DNA from: an uncultured Muribaculaceae bacterium
Lineage (GTDB): Bacteria; Cyanobacteriota; Vampirovibrionia; Gastranaerophilales; Gastranaerophilaceae
Direction of reading: 5' to 3'
Assembly: GCA_964617065.1 (NCBI GenBank)
Contig: CAZTVM010000004.1
Span: 1-40,189, forward strand
DNA: 40,189 nt
The position numbers and the translations under genes are program-made. Below are positions 25,227 to 32,987 of the stretch, in pieces (the stretch's first letter is position 1; each line of letters begins with the position of its first letter). Under the pieces are notes generated by a model that worked only from the letters and a program-made list of their open reading frames with translations, had not been told where the DNA came from and did no database searches.

Positions 25227-26870
25227 ATGCCTAAAATAATGAGCGAGGAGAAAATAGCTATAACTCCGGATATAGTTGACGAATCAAAAAAATCGGCGGC
25301 TTTGGTTTCTGATGAAAATCTGAGGAAAAAAGTATTCGTATCTTTTTTAGCGCTTAACAGCTTTGTTAAGTTTATGGGCGAAAACGATATTAGCATGGAT
25401 ATACGTGAAAGCTTATCTCGTGTAAATTCTATTTTTGAATGTATTGATTTGTGCCATTTGACTTATAAAAATTTACAAATAGACATAAGAGTTATTTTAG
25501 AAGGCAATAGCTTTTTTATCCCTAAATCCCATTTTAGAAAAGATATCGTACCGGATTTGTATGTAGTAGATAAAAAACTTAAAGACATTGAGTTTTTAGG
25601 CTACGTGAGCACAAATATGCTCGAAGTGGCTGAAGATTTAAACGAATACTATGGTGTTCCTATATTTGCGCTAAAGCCTATAGAGGATTTGTTTTTCGAT
25701 ATTATTACGATGGTACCTAATAAAAAACTTTTTGACCAGTCTGAGCATGCTGCTGCTCAAGAACTTTTCTCTGATTATTTTGATGGCAAATTATCAAAAG
25801 TAGAAAAAATGTATCTGATTAAACATTTGTTCTACTGTTCAGAATGTAGAGAGAAATTTATTAATTTCTATGATTTCGATATTCTCGCAAAGCAAATTCA
25901 AAATCATCCGCAAATATTAAAAAATTCAAAATTGAATATAGACATGGAAAGTGATGATACTCAAGAAATTGTTGAAGAACTTTTGTCTGCACCAAATAAA
26001 AAAAATAGCGATGATGAATTTTTTGAAGATTTAAGGAATGATATACATAGCAGTGCGCCACCTGTTTTTAAAAATAAATTTCAAAAAGCTCTAGATGGCG
26101 ACATGCCGACAGAACCAAATCAAGTTAGTGGGAAAATACCATTTGTTCAAACAGAAATAACTGAAAACGATAAACTTTATGTGCATGCTCCTGTGGAAAA
26201 TGATAACAATTTGGCTGTGTTGTTTGATGAAAATTCTATACCACAAGAAAAAACTGTTTCAAAACTTTATTCGGCACAATCATCAGGTAATCCCAAAACA
26301 GGTAAAAATATTGCAATTCTTGTCGTTGCTTTGTCACTGGCTTTAGCTTTATTCTCTTTTGGCTGCTATAAAGTATTTAAAGGCTACCATAAACCTCAAA
26401 CTGCTTCGTCTGAAAACTTTGATTTTTCTCCTGAGAATATGGCGAATAACGCTGAATTAAACGCTGATGCAGGGCCTAAAGACATTAATAAAACTATAGC
26501 CGATAGTTTTAATGATTATGTTTCGCCTATTTCAATTACTAAAATTTCTTGGGAAGTCCTACCTCAGTACGCTGAAAGTGAAGTTTTCGTCGATTATTTG
26601 CAAAATACAGGCGCAAGTATTCAAAATAATTTAATACAAGATTTGGCTAAAATTAAAGAAGCAGCTACGTTTAGTGATGTTGTTGTTGTGAGTTTCACTT
26701 TTACTAACAATCAATCCATTAAAAATTTCAAAATTGAAAAATCAAGTGGCTCTGATGTGTTAGACAAAGCTATTTCAAACAGCGTCCAAAATACGCTGAA
26801 AATGTATTCTTACCCTACTTTCGATTCGAAAGTAAAAAGCATTGACTTTAAGTTAATTATTGGATTTTAG
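25227..26870 (+). CDS. Candidate membrane anti-sigma factor: DUF1822-like N-domain - zf-HC2 motif - TM helix - TonB-C-like C-domain
   Basis: Residues about 30-135 follow the DUF1822 pattern as I recall it (FLALNSFVKFM...IDLCHL...FFIPKSHF...DLYVV...IEFLGYVS). H-x3-C-x2-C (HLFYCSEC) is at 25824-25847. TM helix IAILVVALSLALALFSFGCY at about 26310-26375. The C-terminal block VVVSFTFTNNQSIKNFKIEKSSGSDVLDKAISNSV resembles the TonB C-terminal domain. Confidence 0.6.
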   Translation: MPKIMSEEKIAITPDIVDESKKSAALVSDENLRKKVFVSFLALNSFVKFMGENDISMDIRESLSRVNSIFECIDLCHLTYKNLQIDIRVILEGNSFFIPKSHFRKDIVPDLYVVDKKLKDIEFLGYVSTNMLEVAEDLNEYYGVPIFALKPIEDLFFDIITMVPNKKLFDQSEHAAAQELFSDYFDGKLSKVEKMYLIKHLFYCSECREKFINFYDFDILAKQIQNHPQILKNSKLNIDMESDDTQEIVEELLSAPNKKNSDDEFFEDLRNDIHSSAPPVFKNKFQKALDGDMPTEPNQVSGKIPFVQTEITENDKLYVHAPVENDNNLAVLFDENSIPQEKTVSKLYSAQSSGNPKTGKNIAILVVALSLALALFSFGCYKVFKGYHKPQTASSENFDFSPENMANNAELNADAGPKDINKTIADSFNDYVSPISITKISWEVLPQYAESEVFVDYLQNTGASIQNNLIQDLAKIKEAATFSDVVVVSFTFTNNQSIKNFKIEKSSGSDVLDKAISNSVQNTLKMYSYPTFDSKVKSIDFKLIIGF

Positions 26871-26873
26871 ATT
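26861..26873 (+). repeat. Copy 1 of the exact 13-nt repeat TGGATTTTAGATT, followed by tandem TAGATTAG x2 and a third TAGATT
   Basis: Read directly. It spans the stop codon of the anti-sigma-like gene and sits 28 nt before the sigma-like GTG. TAGATT recurs at about 26868, 26876 and 26895. Confidence 0.7.
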
Positions 26874-26900
26874 AGTAGATTAGTAATAGGATGATAGATT

Positions 26901-27491
26901 GTGAGTATCGTTAAAGAAAAACAAGTAGAATTAATTAAGCAGGTAGTTTTGAGTAGTGACTACTACGAAGGCAATGAAGATTTATTGTATGAATTTTGTC
27001 AAGAAGTCTATGGCAAGTCATATTTGTTATTCAAAACTGTATCTAATCACGAGTATTTGAAAGGGTATTTAAGAAAAATAGCCACAACTTCTATAATAAA
27101 GATTTTGAAGCAAAAAAATCGATTAAAAAGAAATCCTAGCAGTTACATGACTGTTAAAGAGCCTGCTGTAGACTCCAACTCTGCTGCAAACGATGTAAAG
27201 GCCCTTCCTGCAAGAAATAAGCATGTTTATGATGTTTATAAAATTGAAGACCCTTATGAAGAAGATTTTGAGCCCAGTTTCGCTGACAGTGACATAAAAA
27301 AAGTTCTCTACCTTGTGCAGGTTATCGATTCGGCTAATCCCAGTCAAAATTATTTAGCGTTGTTTAAATCCAGATATATTGATAATAAATCTAATTCTGA
27401 AATAGCTCAAAAATTAAATTTGCCTGAAAACATAGTCTTACAAAGACTATTAGAGCTTTCTGTACTTATTTGCAAGAATTCTCAAGTCTAA
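26901..27491 (+). CDS. Divergent ECF-like sigma-70 family factor (region 2-like and region 4 HTH separated by a long linker)
   Basis: GTG start with an AGGA SD 9 nt upstream. Region-2-like EDLLYEFCQEVYGKSYLLF...YLKGYLRKIATTSIIKILKQKNR. Region-4 HTH LALFKSRYIDNKSNSEIAQKLNLPENIVLQRLLEL. Confidence 0.6.
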   Translation: MSIVKEKQVELIKQVVLSSDYYEGNEDLLYEFCQEVYGKSYLLFKTVSNHEYLKGYLRKIATTSIIKILKQKNRLKRNPSSYMTVKEPAVDSNSAANDVKALPARNKHVYDVYKIEDPYEEDFEPSFADSDIKKVLYLVQVIDSANPSQNYLALFKSRYIDNKSNSEIAQKLNLPENIVLQRLLELSVLICKNSQV

Positions 27492-27511
27492 TCTTTTTTT
27501 ACCCCTATTGG

Positions 27512-27524
27512 TGGATTTTAGATT
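27512..27524 (+). repeat. Copy 2 of the exact 13-nt repeat TGGATTTTAGATT
   Basis: Read directly. It lies in the intergenic region 20 nt after the sigma-like stop. It is 24 nt upstream of a TATAAT (27548-27553) that precedes the thioredoxin-like gene. Confidence 0.7.
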
Positions 27525-27572
27525 GTAGTAAATAAATTATTATGCTTTATAATGTATAGAGGAGCTTTTGAC

Positions 27573-27980
27573 ATGAAAAAATGGTTATTAATATTATTCA
27601 TAGTAGTTTTGCCAATGATTGTATTTTATTTCTTTGATTTGAAAAAAGGAACGGATACATCTTCGCTTGAGTTACCGGCAGCCCTTGCTGCAAACAAACC
27701 AACGGTTTATCGATTTTCGTCATCTATGTGCATGGATTGTCAAGAATTAGAAAAAGTAATGAAAGAAGTTGAACCAAAATATTCGGATAAAATCGTTTTT
27801 TATTCTTTTAAAGTTGACAGAGCAAACAAAAATGTGAAAGAAAAAATTAAAAAATATAACATTTCGCTTGTTCCGACTATGATTTTAATTGATAAAAACG
27901 GAAAAGAAACTCTTAAAATAGAAGGTTTTGTAGAAAAGCCTGTTTTAGAAAAACATTTTAAGGCATTGAGCAATGAATAG
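27573..27980 (+). CDS. Membrane-anchored thioredoxin-fold protein (CxxC = CMDC)
   Basis: The ATG at 27573 has an AGAGGAG SD. N-terminal TM anchor WLLILFIVVLPMIVFYFF. CMDC active-site-like motif and a VPT cis-Pro-like block (SLVPTMILID). Confidence 0.7.
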   Translation: MKKWLLILFIVVLPMIVFYFFDLKKGTDTSSLELPAALAANKPTVYRFSSSMCMDCQELEKVMKEVEPKYSDKIVFYSFKVDRANKNVKEKIKKYNISLVPTMILIDKNGKETLKIEGFVEKPVLEKHFKALSNE

Positions 27981-28686
27981 TATTTTTAGTTTTTTTCATG
28001 AACAATTAGCTGTCGGACATTTTTCGTTGTTGCTCTTAGCATTGGCGTTTTTGGGCGGTATTGTTATGTCACTGGCACCCTGTAACCTCGCTATTTTACC
28101 GCTTGTTATTGGATATGTTGTCGGTTGCAGTGAAAATGTAAATCACAAATTAGTACTTCAACTATGCCTGTTTGTTGTAGGTATGTCGTTGGTATTTACG
28201 ACTATTGGTATTATTTCTGCACTTACTGGCATGGTATTTATTTCATTTTTGAGCCCTTATTGGATATTATTTATAGCTTCTGTCATTTTGATTTTCGGGT
28301 TAAACATGGCAGGGTTCATTTCGTTTAATTTCCCTGTCTTAATAAAAAAATATCCTACAGTGTTGAGCAACAATGGGTACTTATATGCTTTTTTAATAGG
28401 TATGATTTTTGCTTTAGCAGCTACACCTTGCTCTACTCCTATTTTAGCGAGTATAATGGCAGCTACTTCTTTAAGCCAAAACATTCTTATGGGGGCATTA
28501 ATGCTTTTTTTGTTTTCAATAGGGCAAAGTTTAATTATTATTCTTGCTGGACTGTGCACATCTTTTTTGAAACATTTAAAACGAATAAATCAATACACTG
28601 AGTATTGCACACGCTCGACCGGGTGGGTGTTTATATTATTTGCTGCATACTTGTATTACAAGATGTTCAAGCCGTTTTTTGTATAA
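27973..28686 (+). CDS. ccdA: Cytochrome c biogenesis / thiol:disulfide electron-transfer membrane protein, CcdA/DsbD-TM family
   Basis: The start overlaps the previous gene by 8 nt. Six-TM protein with the two signature Cys-Pro segments (LAPCNLAILP, ATPCSTPIL). Confidence 0.8.
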   Translation: MNSIFSFFHEQLAVGHFSLLLLALAFLGGIVMSLAPCNLAILPLVIGYVVGCSENVNHKLVLQLCLFVVGMSLVFTTIGIISALTGMVFISFLSPYWILFIASVILIFGLNMAGFISFNFPVLIKKYPTVLSNNGYLYAFLIGMIFALAATPCSTPILASIMAATSLSQNILMGALMLFLFSIGQSLIIILAGLCTSFLKHLKRINQYTEYCTRSTGWVFILFAAYLYYKMFKPFFV

Positions 28687-28692
28687 ATTAAA

Positions 28693-30546
28693 TTAATTTG
28701 CACTCACGTCATCAGCTAAGCCGACTTGATTTCTTCCGTTTTCTTTCGCTTTATATAAACCTTTATCAGCATATCCGATAATATCGGTCGAACTTACTCC
28801 GTTTTCAGGATATGTAGAAACTCCGAGACTGATAGTCACTGTTTGTATATTATTTTGACCTAACTTAAAAGGAGTATTAGCAACAATATTACAAATTTTT
28901 TGTGCAGTTAAAACGGCTTCTTGCTTAGCCGTATTAGGCAGTATTATAGTCATTTCTTCTCCGCCGTAGCGACAAACAATGTCACTTACCCTGACTGTTT
29001 TTTTTAAAATTTGTGAAACTTGTTTAAGTACGTTATCTCCGGCTTGATGACCATATTTATCATTGAATTTTTTGAAAAAGTCTATGTCTATTAGAAGTAA
29101 CGAAAAGCTTGTGCCATACCTTTTGCTGTTTTCTATATTAATAATTAATTGCTCCTGAAAATATCTGTGGTTATAAAGTTCAGTCAATCCATCAGTCGTC
29201 GCCAATTTATATGTATACTCTAAATCTCTTGATTTTAAAAGATACTTTACGACGTAAACAGCTGTGAAAGTCAGCAATAATGAAATTACAGGAAGGATAA
29301 TAGGAATCCATATATCGTAAACTTTCATAATCCAACCGGAAAATAAAATATAACCAACTGTTAAAAGAATTGTTACTAAAAAACATATAGTAGGGCGCTT
29401 TATACGGAAAAGGAAAAATATTAACAGCACTGATAAAGTGAATGTTATTAAAAAGTCAGCCAGTGGATTTAATCGGACAATAAAACTATTATCGAGTGCG
29501 TTATTTACAAAGGTAGTATGCAGATTTACTGCCGGCATGACCGATGTTATCGGCGAAGACTTTATATCATATAGCGCAACAGCCGATGTTCCCACATAAA
29601 TTATTTTGTCTTTAAAGTAATTTTTTGGAATTTTGTTTAGCGTCTTTTCACCCTTCATTGATTTGTAAACATCTAAAAAAGATACCTGCGCAAAACTATT
29701 ATTTCTATCGTACCAGTGCAAAATGCTCGTTGCATTTTTTTGTAACGGAATTTTGTATTCTCCTATTTCAAGTTGGTTATTAGAGTTAATAATTAATTCA
29801 TCAATTTTCTTTTTTGTTTTTTGTTCCTCAAGTTGCATTAAGAGTTTTGTCGACAAATTTGGGTAATATTCATTTTTATACACAAAAAATGGTGAAAACT
29901 CACGATAAATACCGTCAATAGAGGGTGTTGCATTTATCAAACCTATGTTTTTAGTAGAATTCAGTATTTCAGGTAATATTTTTCTGCAATTTGGGAAATT
30001 AATATTAATATTTTTTTGGGGTTCTATTTTTGAATAATTTTTTATATTTACTTTAAGTCCGCTAGGCAAATCAATAGGAAGTCTGGTTTCTGCTGTTTCA
30101 AAGTCAAAATTCATTGATGTAAAAACATTTTCATATTTTGCTATTGTTTTTGATAAATATTTATCACTTTCTAAAGAACTTTTTATAGAACTTATAAACA
30201 ATAAGTCGAGACAAATCGCTTTAGGAGAGTCCCTTTCAATATAGTTTATAATGTCGGCATAAACATCACGAGGTATTGGCCATTCTCCGAAACGCTCAGT
30301 CAAGGCACTATAAGTTCTTTCATCGATAGCCAGAATTACGACATCATCACTCGTCTCACGACTGCTTGCGTTTATTCTTTGCCGAGCGTCAAAAGTCTTT
30401 AACTCCACAGTCTCCAAAAAATTAATCACATTCGTAAATATATTTGCTACAGTACTTTGATTGATTACCAAAGCCAAGCTGCACACTAATAAAATAAATA
30501 CCGACGCAGCTATGACCAAAGTTTGCTTATATGTTTTTTTGCCCAT
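28693..30546 (-). CDS. CHASE2 sensor-domain diguanylate cyclase (GGDEF)
   Basis: N-terminal TM, then a CHASE2-like periplasmic block (VVILAIDERTY...GEWPIPRDVYA...AICLDLLF), three TM helices and a GGDEF domain. The active-site motif reads GGEEM. An RxxD I-site (RVSD) lies 5 residues upstream. Confidence 0.85.
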   Translation of the reverse strand: MGKKTYKQTLVIAASVFILLVCSLALVINQSTVANIFTNVINFLETVELKTFDARQRINASSRETSDDVVILAIDERTYSALTERFGEWPIPRDVYADIINYIERDSPKAICLDLLFISSIKSSLESDKYLSKTIAKYENVFTSMNFDFETAETRLPIDLPSGLKVNIKNYSKIEPQKNININFPNCRKILPEILNSTKNIGLINATPSIDGIYREFSPFFVYKNEYYPNLSTKLLMQLEEQKTKKKIDELIINSNNQLEIGEYKIPLQKNATSILHWYDRNNSFAQVSFLDVYKSMKGEKTLNKIPKNYFKDKIIYVGTSAVALYDIKSSPITSVMPAVNLHTTFVNNALDNSFIVRLNPLADFLITFTLSVLLIFFLFRIKRPTICFLVTILLTVGYILFSGWIMKVYDIWIPIILPVISLLLTFTAVYVVKYLLKSRDLEYTYKLATTDGLTELYNHRYFQEQLIINIENSKRYGTSFSLLLIDIDFFKKFNDKYGHQAGDNVLKQVSQILKKTVRVSDIVCRYGGEEMTIILPNTAKQEAVLTAQKICNIVANTPFKLGQNNIQTVTISLGVSTYPENGVSSTDIIGYADKGLYKAKENGRNQVGLADDVSAN

Positions 30547-30662
30547 TCTCTTTTCCTACTTCTTTGTTAAAGTTTTCCAAAACGACCGTAAGTGCCTCTA
30601 AATCGTCAGGCAACTGCAAAAATTTCAACAAACATCTTTCATTAAGATTCATAAAATATCCA

Positions 30663-30691
30663 TTACAAACTAACATCTTTATTGTTGCAAA
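30663..30691 (-). promoter_or_regulatory. Candidate sigma-70 promoter for the CHASE2-GGDEF gene (TTGCAA-N17-TGTAAT on the minus strand)
   Basis: Minus-strand TTGCAA at 30691-30686, 17-nt spacer, TGTAAT at 30668-30663. This implies a 5' leader of roughly 110 nt. Confidence 0.4.
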
Positions 30692-30792
30692 ATCAGCGCA
30701 CTGTCACATCAATCTAAGGGATTAAATAACAGGATTAAACCATCGTATAAATAGATGAATAAACAAGTTGCAATCATATATAGGTAGTAAAA

Positions 30793-31449
30793 TTATTTTT
30801 TAGTTAGTGTAATCGGGGGCGGTTGTATATAAAGCGGTTTTAAATTGTACCAAGGATAATCGCCTTGTTTTTTGTTCGCCAATATCATCAAATACTCGCC
30901 TAGCGGCAAATTATTACTTTCAAAATCTAAGGCATTGATATTTTGTTCTTCTAATATCTTAGAGGTTTTTGTATCAGCAATTATGTAAAAATCTTCTTTA
31001 GCTATTTCAAACATTTGTTCTGTCGTAATAGCTTGAGGCGCCATAAGTTCCTTTTCTTTTTCATAAATAGCAGAATAAAATTTATTTTTTCTAGCATCCA
31101 TAAGAATTAATGACTTTTTATTTGTTGAATTAGCCTGAGAAAGGATTTCTAAAGAAGAAATACCTATAGCAGGAATGTTTAATTGTTGCGCCATTACTTT
31201 TGCAACGGTGAGGCAAACTCTTATACCGGTAAAGCTCCCAGGTCCGATATTTGTCGCAATTTTATCAATACTTTGCATTGTTAAATCGTTTTCTTTTAAA
31301 ATCTGCGCAATATTTGAAATTAAATATGCAGAATGATATTTTTCACCATCAGAACTGATTGTGCGCCTGACTAATTCTTTTGAATTTTCTGATAACGTTA
31401 TATAAGTTTTGTCAAAGCCGGTATCAAAGGTTAGAATAATCATTCGCAA
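30793..31449 (-). CDS. tsaB: tRNA t6A37 threonylcarbamoyltransferase complex dimerization subunit TsaB
   Basis: ILTFDTG N-terminus and GPGSFTGIRVCLTVAK block of TsaB/YeaZ. The ORF-track start is TTG 31449. ATG 31443 is an alternative. Confidence 0.85.
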   Translation of the reverse strand: MRMIILTFDTGFDKTYITLSENSKELVRRTISSDGEKYHSAYLISNIAQILKENDLTMQSIDKIATNIGPGSFTGIRVCLTVAKVMAQQLNIPAIGISSLEILSQANSTNKKSLILMDARKNKFYSAIYEKEKELMAPQAITTEQMFEIAKEDFYIIADTKTSKILEEQNINALDFESNNLPLGEYLMILANKKQGDYPWYNLKPLYIQPPPITLTKK

Positions 31450-31897
31450 TGTCCTTTATTATTTCAAAAGTAGCGCCTAGAGCGATAAAATCGAACTCAC
31501 GAGAATGTTCGCCTTTATATTTTATGCAGATTTCAATACGATTTTGCGGTAATTCAATGTTTGAATACTCAGCCCATTCTACAAGTGTGAGCACATTCTC
31601 TTGAGAGTATTCATCTATCTCGGCAGCTATCGTCTTTACACCTTCCATCTCAAGTCTGTATAAATCAAAATGATAAAAGGGTATGCAGCCTGAATGATAT
31701 TCATTTAATATAACAAAACTGGGGCTGGTCACATTTTCAGTGACACCTAAATATTTAGCGACACTTTTCGTAAACGTTGTTTTGCCTGTACCGATTTCAC
31801 CGTAAAGACAAACGAATGCACCGCTCGTTCGCACTTTTTCAGCAAAAACTTTCGCTAATTTATCTGTATCTTCTAAACTTTCTGCTACAATTAACAT
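31424..31897 (-). CDS. tsaE: tRNA t6A37 threonylcarbamoyltransferase complex ATPase subunit TsaE
   Basis: Walker A LYGEIGTGKTTFTK and the SPSF...HFDLYRL motif of TsaE/YjeE. It overlaps tsaB by about 20-26 nt. Confidence 0.9.
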   Translation of the reverse strand: MLIVAESLEDTDKLAKVFAEKVRTSGAFVCLYGEIGTGKTTFTKSVAKYLGVTENVTSPSFVILNEYHSGCIPFYHFDLYRLEMEGVKTIAAEIDEYSQENVLTLVEWAEYSNIELPQNRIEICIKYKGEHSREFDFIALGATFEIIKDIANDYSNL

Positions 31898-31985
31898 TTC
31901 TAAAGTTTATCACAAAGAAATTTGCTAATACATATTTGTTTTATTAAGCTAATTTATTATCGATATATAATACGCTCAATAGTAA

Positions 31986-32015
31986 TTGGCAAAATTTATA
32001 AATTCAGTATAAAAT
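31986..32015 (+). promoter_or_regulatory. Sigma-70 promoter abutting the permease start codon (TTGGCA-N16-TATAAA, or N18-TAAAAT)
   Basis: TTGGCA at 31986-31991, TATAAA at 32008-32013 (or TAAAAT at 32010-32015), ATG at 32022. No SD lies between. Confidence 0.55.
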
Positions 32016-32021
32016 ATATTT

Positions 32022-32987
32022 ATGGCAATTTTTATTTACATAATTAAGCGTCTCTTGCAAACGATACCACTATTGGTTATAGTTTCGTTGGTGAGCTTTT
32101 TTATAATAAGGCTTTCACCTGTTGACCCTTTAGGTGAACTCAAATTAAATCCATCTATTTCTGAAGAAACACTAAAAATTGAGGAGCAACGATTGGGATT
32201 AGACAAACCAATCACTACACAGTACGTTTTGTGGGCGAAAAACTTTTTACGTGGGAATTTCGGAGTTTCTGTAACAGGTGAAAAAGTCTCTGATAAATTG
32301 AAAGAACGCATACCAAATACGTTGCTTTTGACGAGTGTGGTTATACTGTTCACATGGCTTGTAGGACTGCCTTTAGGTATTGTCGCCGCACTTCATTGGA
32401 GAGAGCCGATTGACAGAATTTTAACTATTTTAAGTAGTATTGGAATGGCAATACCGTCGTTTTTCTTTGCATTGTTGCTGTTGATTTTTGCGGTAAAAAC
32501 AGGTTGGTTCCCCACCGGTGGTTTGACTTCGTACAATTTTAATTCTATGAATATTTTTCAAAAAATTGTAGATATAGCACATCATTTAGTTTTGCCGACT
32601 ATTGTTTTATTTACATTGTCACTATCAGGATTGCAAAGACAAATGAGAGGTAATTTACTCGATGTACTTGAAAGTGATTATGTGAAATTTGCACGTGCGA
32701 AAGGTTTGAGTGAAACAAAAGTTATTTATAAACATGCTTTGAGAAATGCGATTAATCCAATGGTAACTCTTTTAGGTTTTGAGTTCGCTTCTTTGCTCAG
32801 TGGCGCTGCTCTTACTGAATTTGTTTTTCAGTATCCGGGATTAGGTCGGCTTATTTTAGAGGCTGTTATGAAATCTGATATTAACTTGGTGATGGCATCA
32901 TTGATGATGGGCGCAATAATGTTGATTTTAGGGAATTTAATTGCTGATATTTTGCTGAAGCTTGTCGACCCAAGGGTGAGAGTGTGA
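32022..32987 (+). CDS. ABC transporter permease, peptide/nickel (OppB/DppB-like) family
   Basis: YIIKRLLQTIPLLVIVSLVSFFI N-terminus typical of DppB/OppB. EAA-loop region DYVKFARAKGLSETKVIYKHALRNA. Confidence 0.85.
   Translation: MAIFIYIIKRLLQTIPLLVIVSLVSFFIIRLSPVDPLGELKLNPSISEETLKIEEQRLGLDKPITTQYVLWAKNFLRGNFGVSVTGEKVSDKLKERIPNTLLLTSVVILFTWLVGLPLGIVAALHWREPIDRILTILSSIGMAIPSFFFALLLLIFAVKTGWFPTGGLTSYNFNSMNIFQKIVDIAHHLVLPTIVLFTLSLSGLQRQMRGNLLDVLESDYVKFARAKGLSETKVIYKHALRNAINPMVTLLGFEFASLLSGAALTEFVFQYPGLGRLILEAVMKSDINLVMASLMMGAIMLILGNLIADILLKLVDPRVRV

Noticed and set aside
30531-30725. Plus-strand 64-aa ORF in the leader region of the CHASE2-GGDEF gene.
   Set aside because: It starts inside the opposite-strand coding region, has no SD, and lies where the minus-strand promoter and leader are expected.
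30547-30792. Possible c-di-GMP riboswitch in front of the diguanylate cyclase gene.
   Set aside because: I found none of the conserved GEMM-type blocks or GC-rich paired stems. The region is AT-rich with only weak 4-5 bp complementarity. An Rfam scan is still needed for certainty.
30793-30845. When hand-translating the 3' end of tsaB I obtained a 1-nt offset relative to the ORF-track coordinates around the T-run near 30838-30841. This could suggest a frameshift.
   Set aside because: The ORF track gives an uninterrupted 218-aa TsaB with a sensible C-terminus. The discrepancy is most likely my own miscount in a homopolymer run, not a real frameshift or pseudogene.
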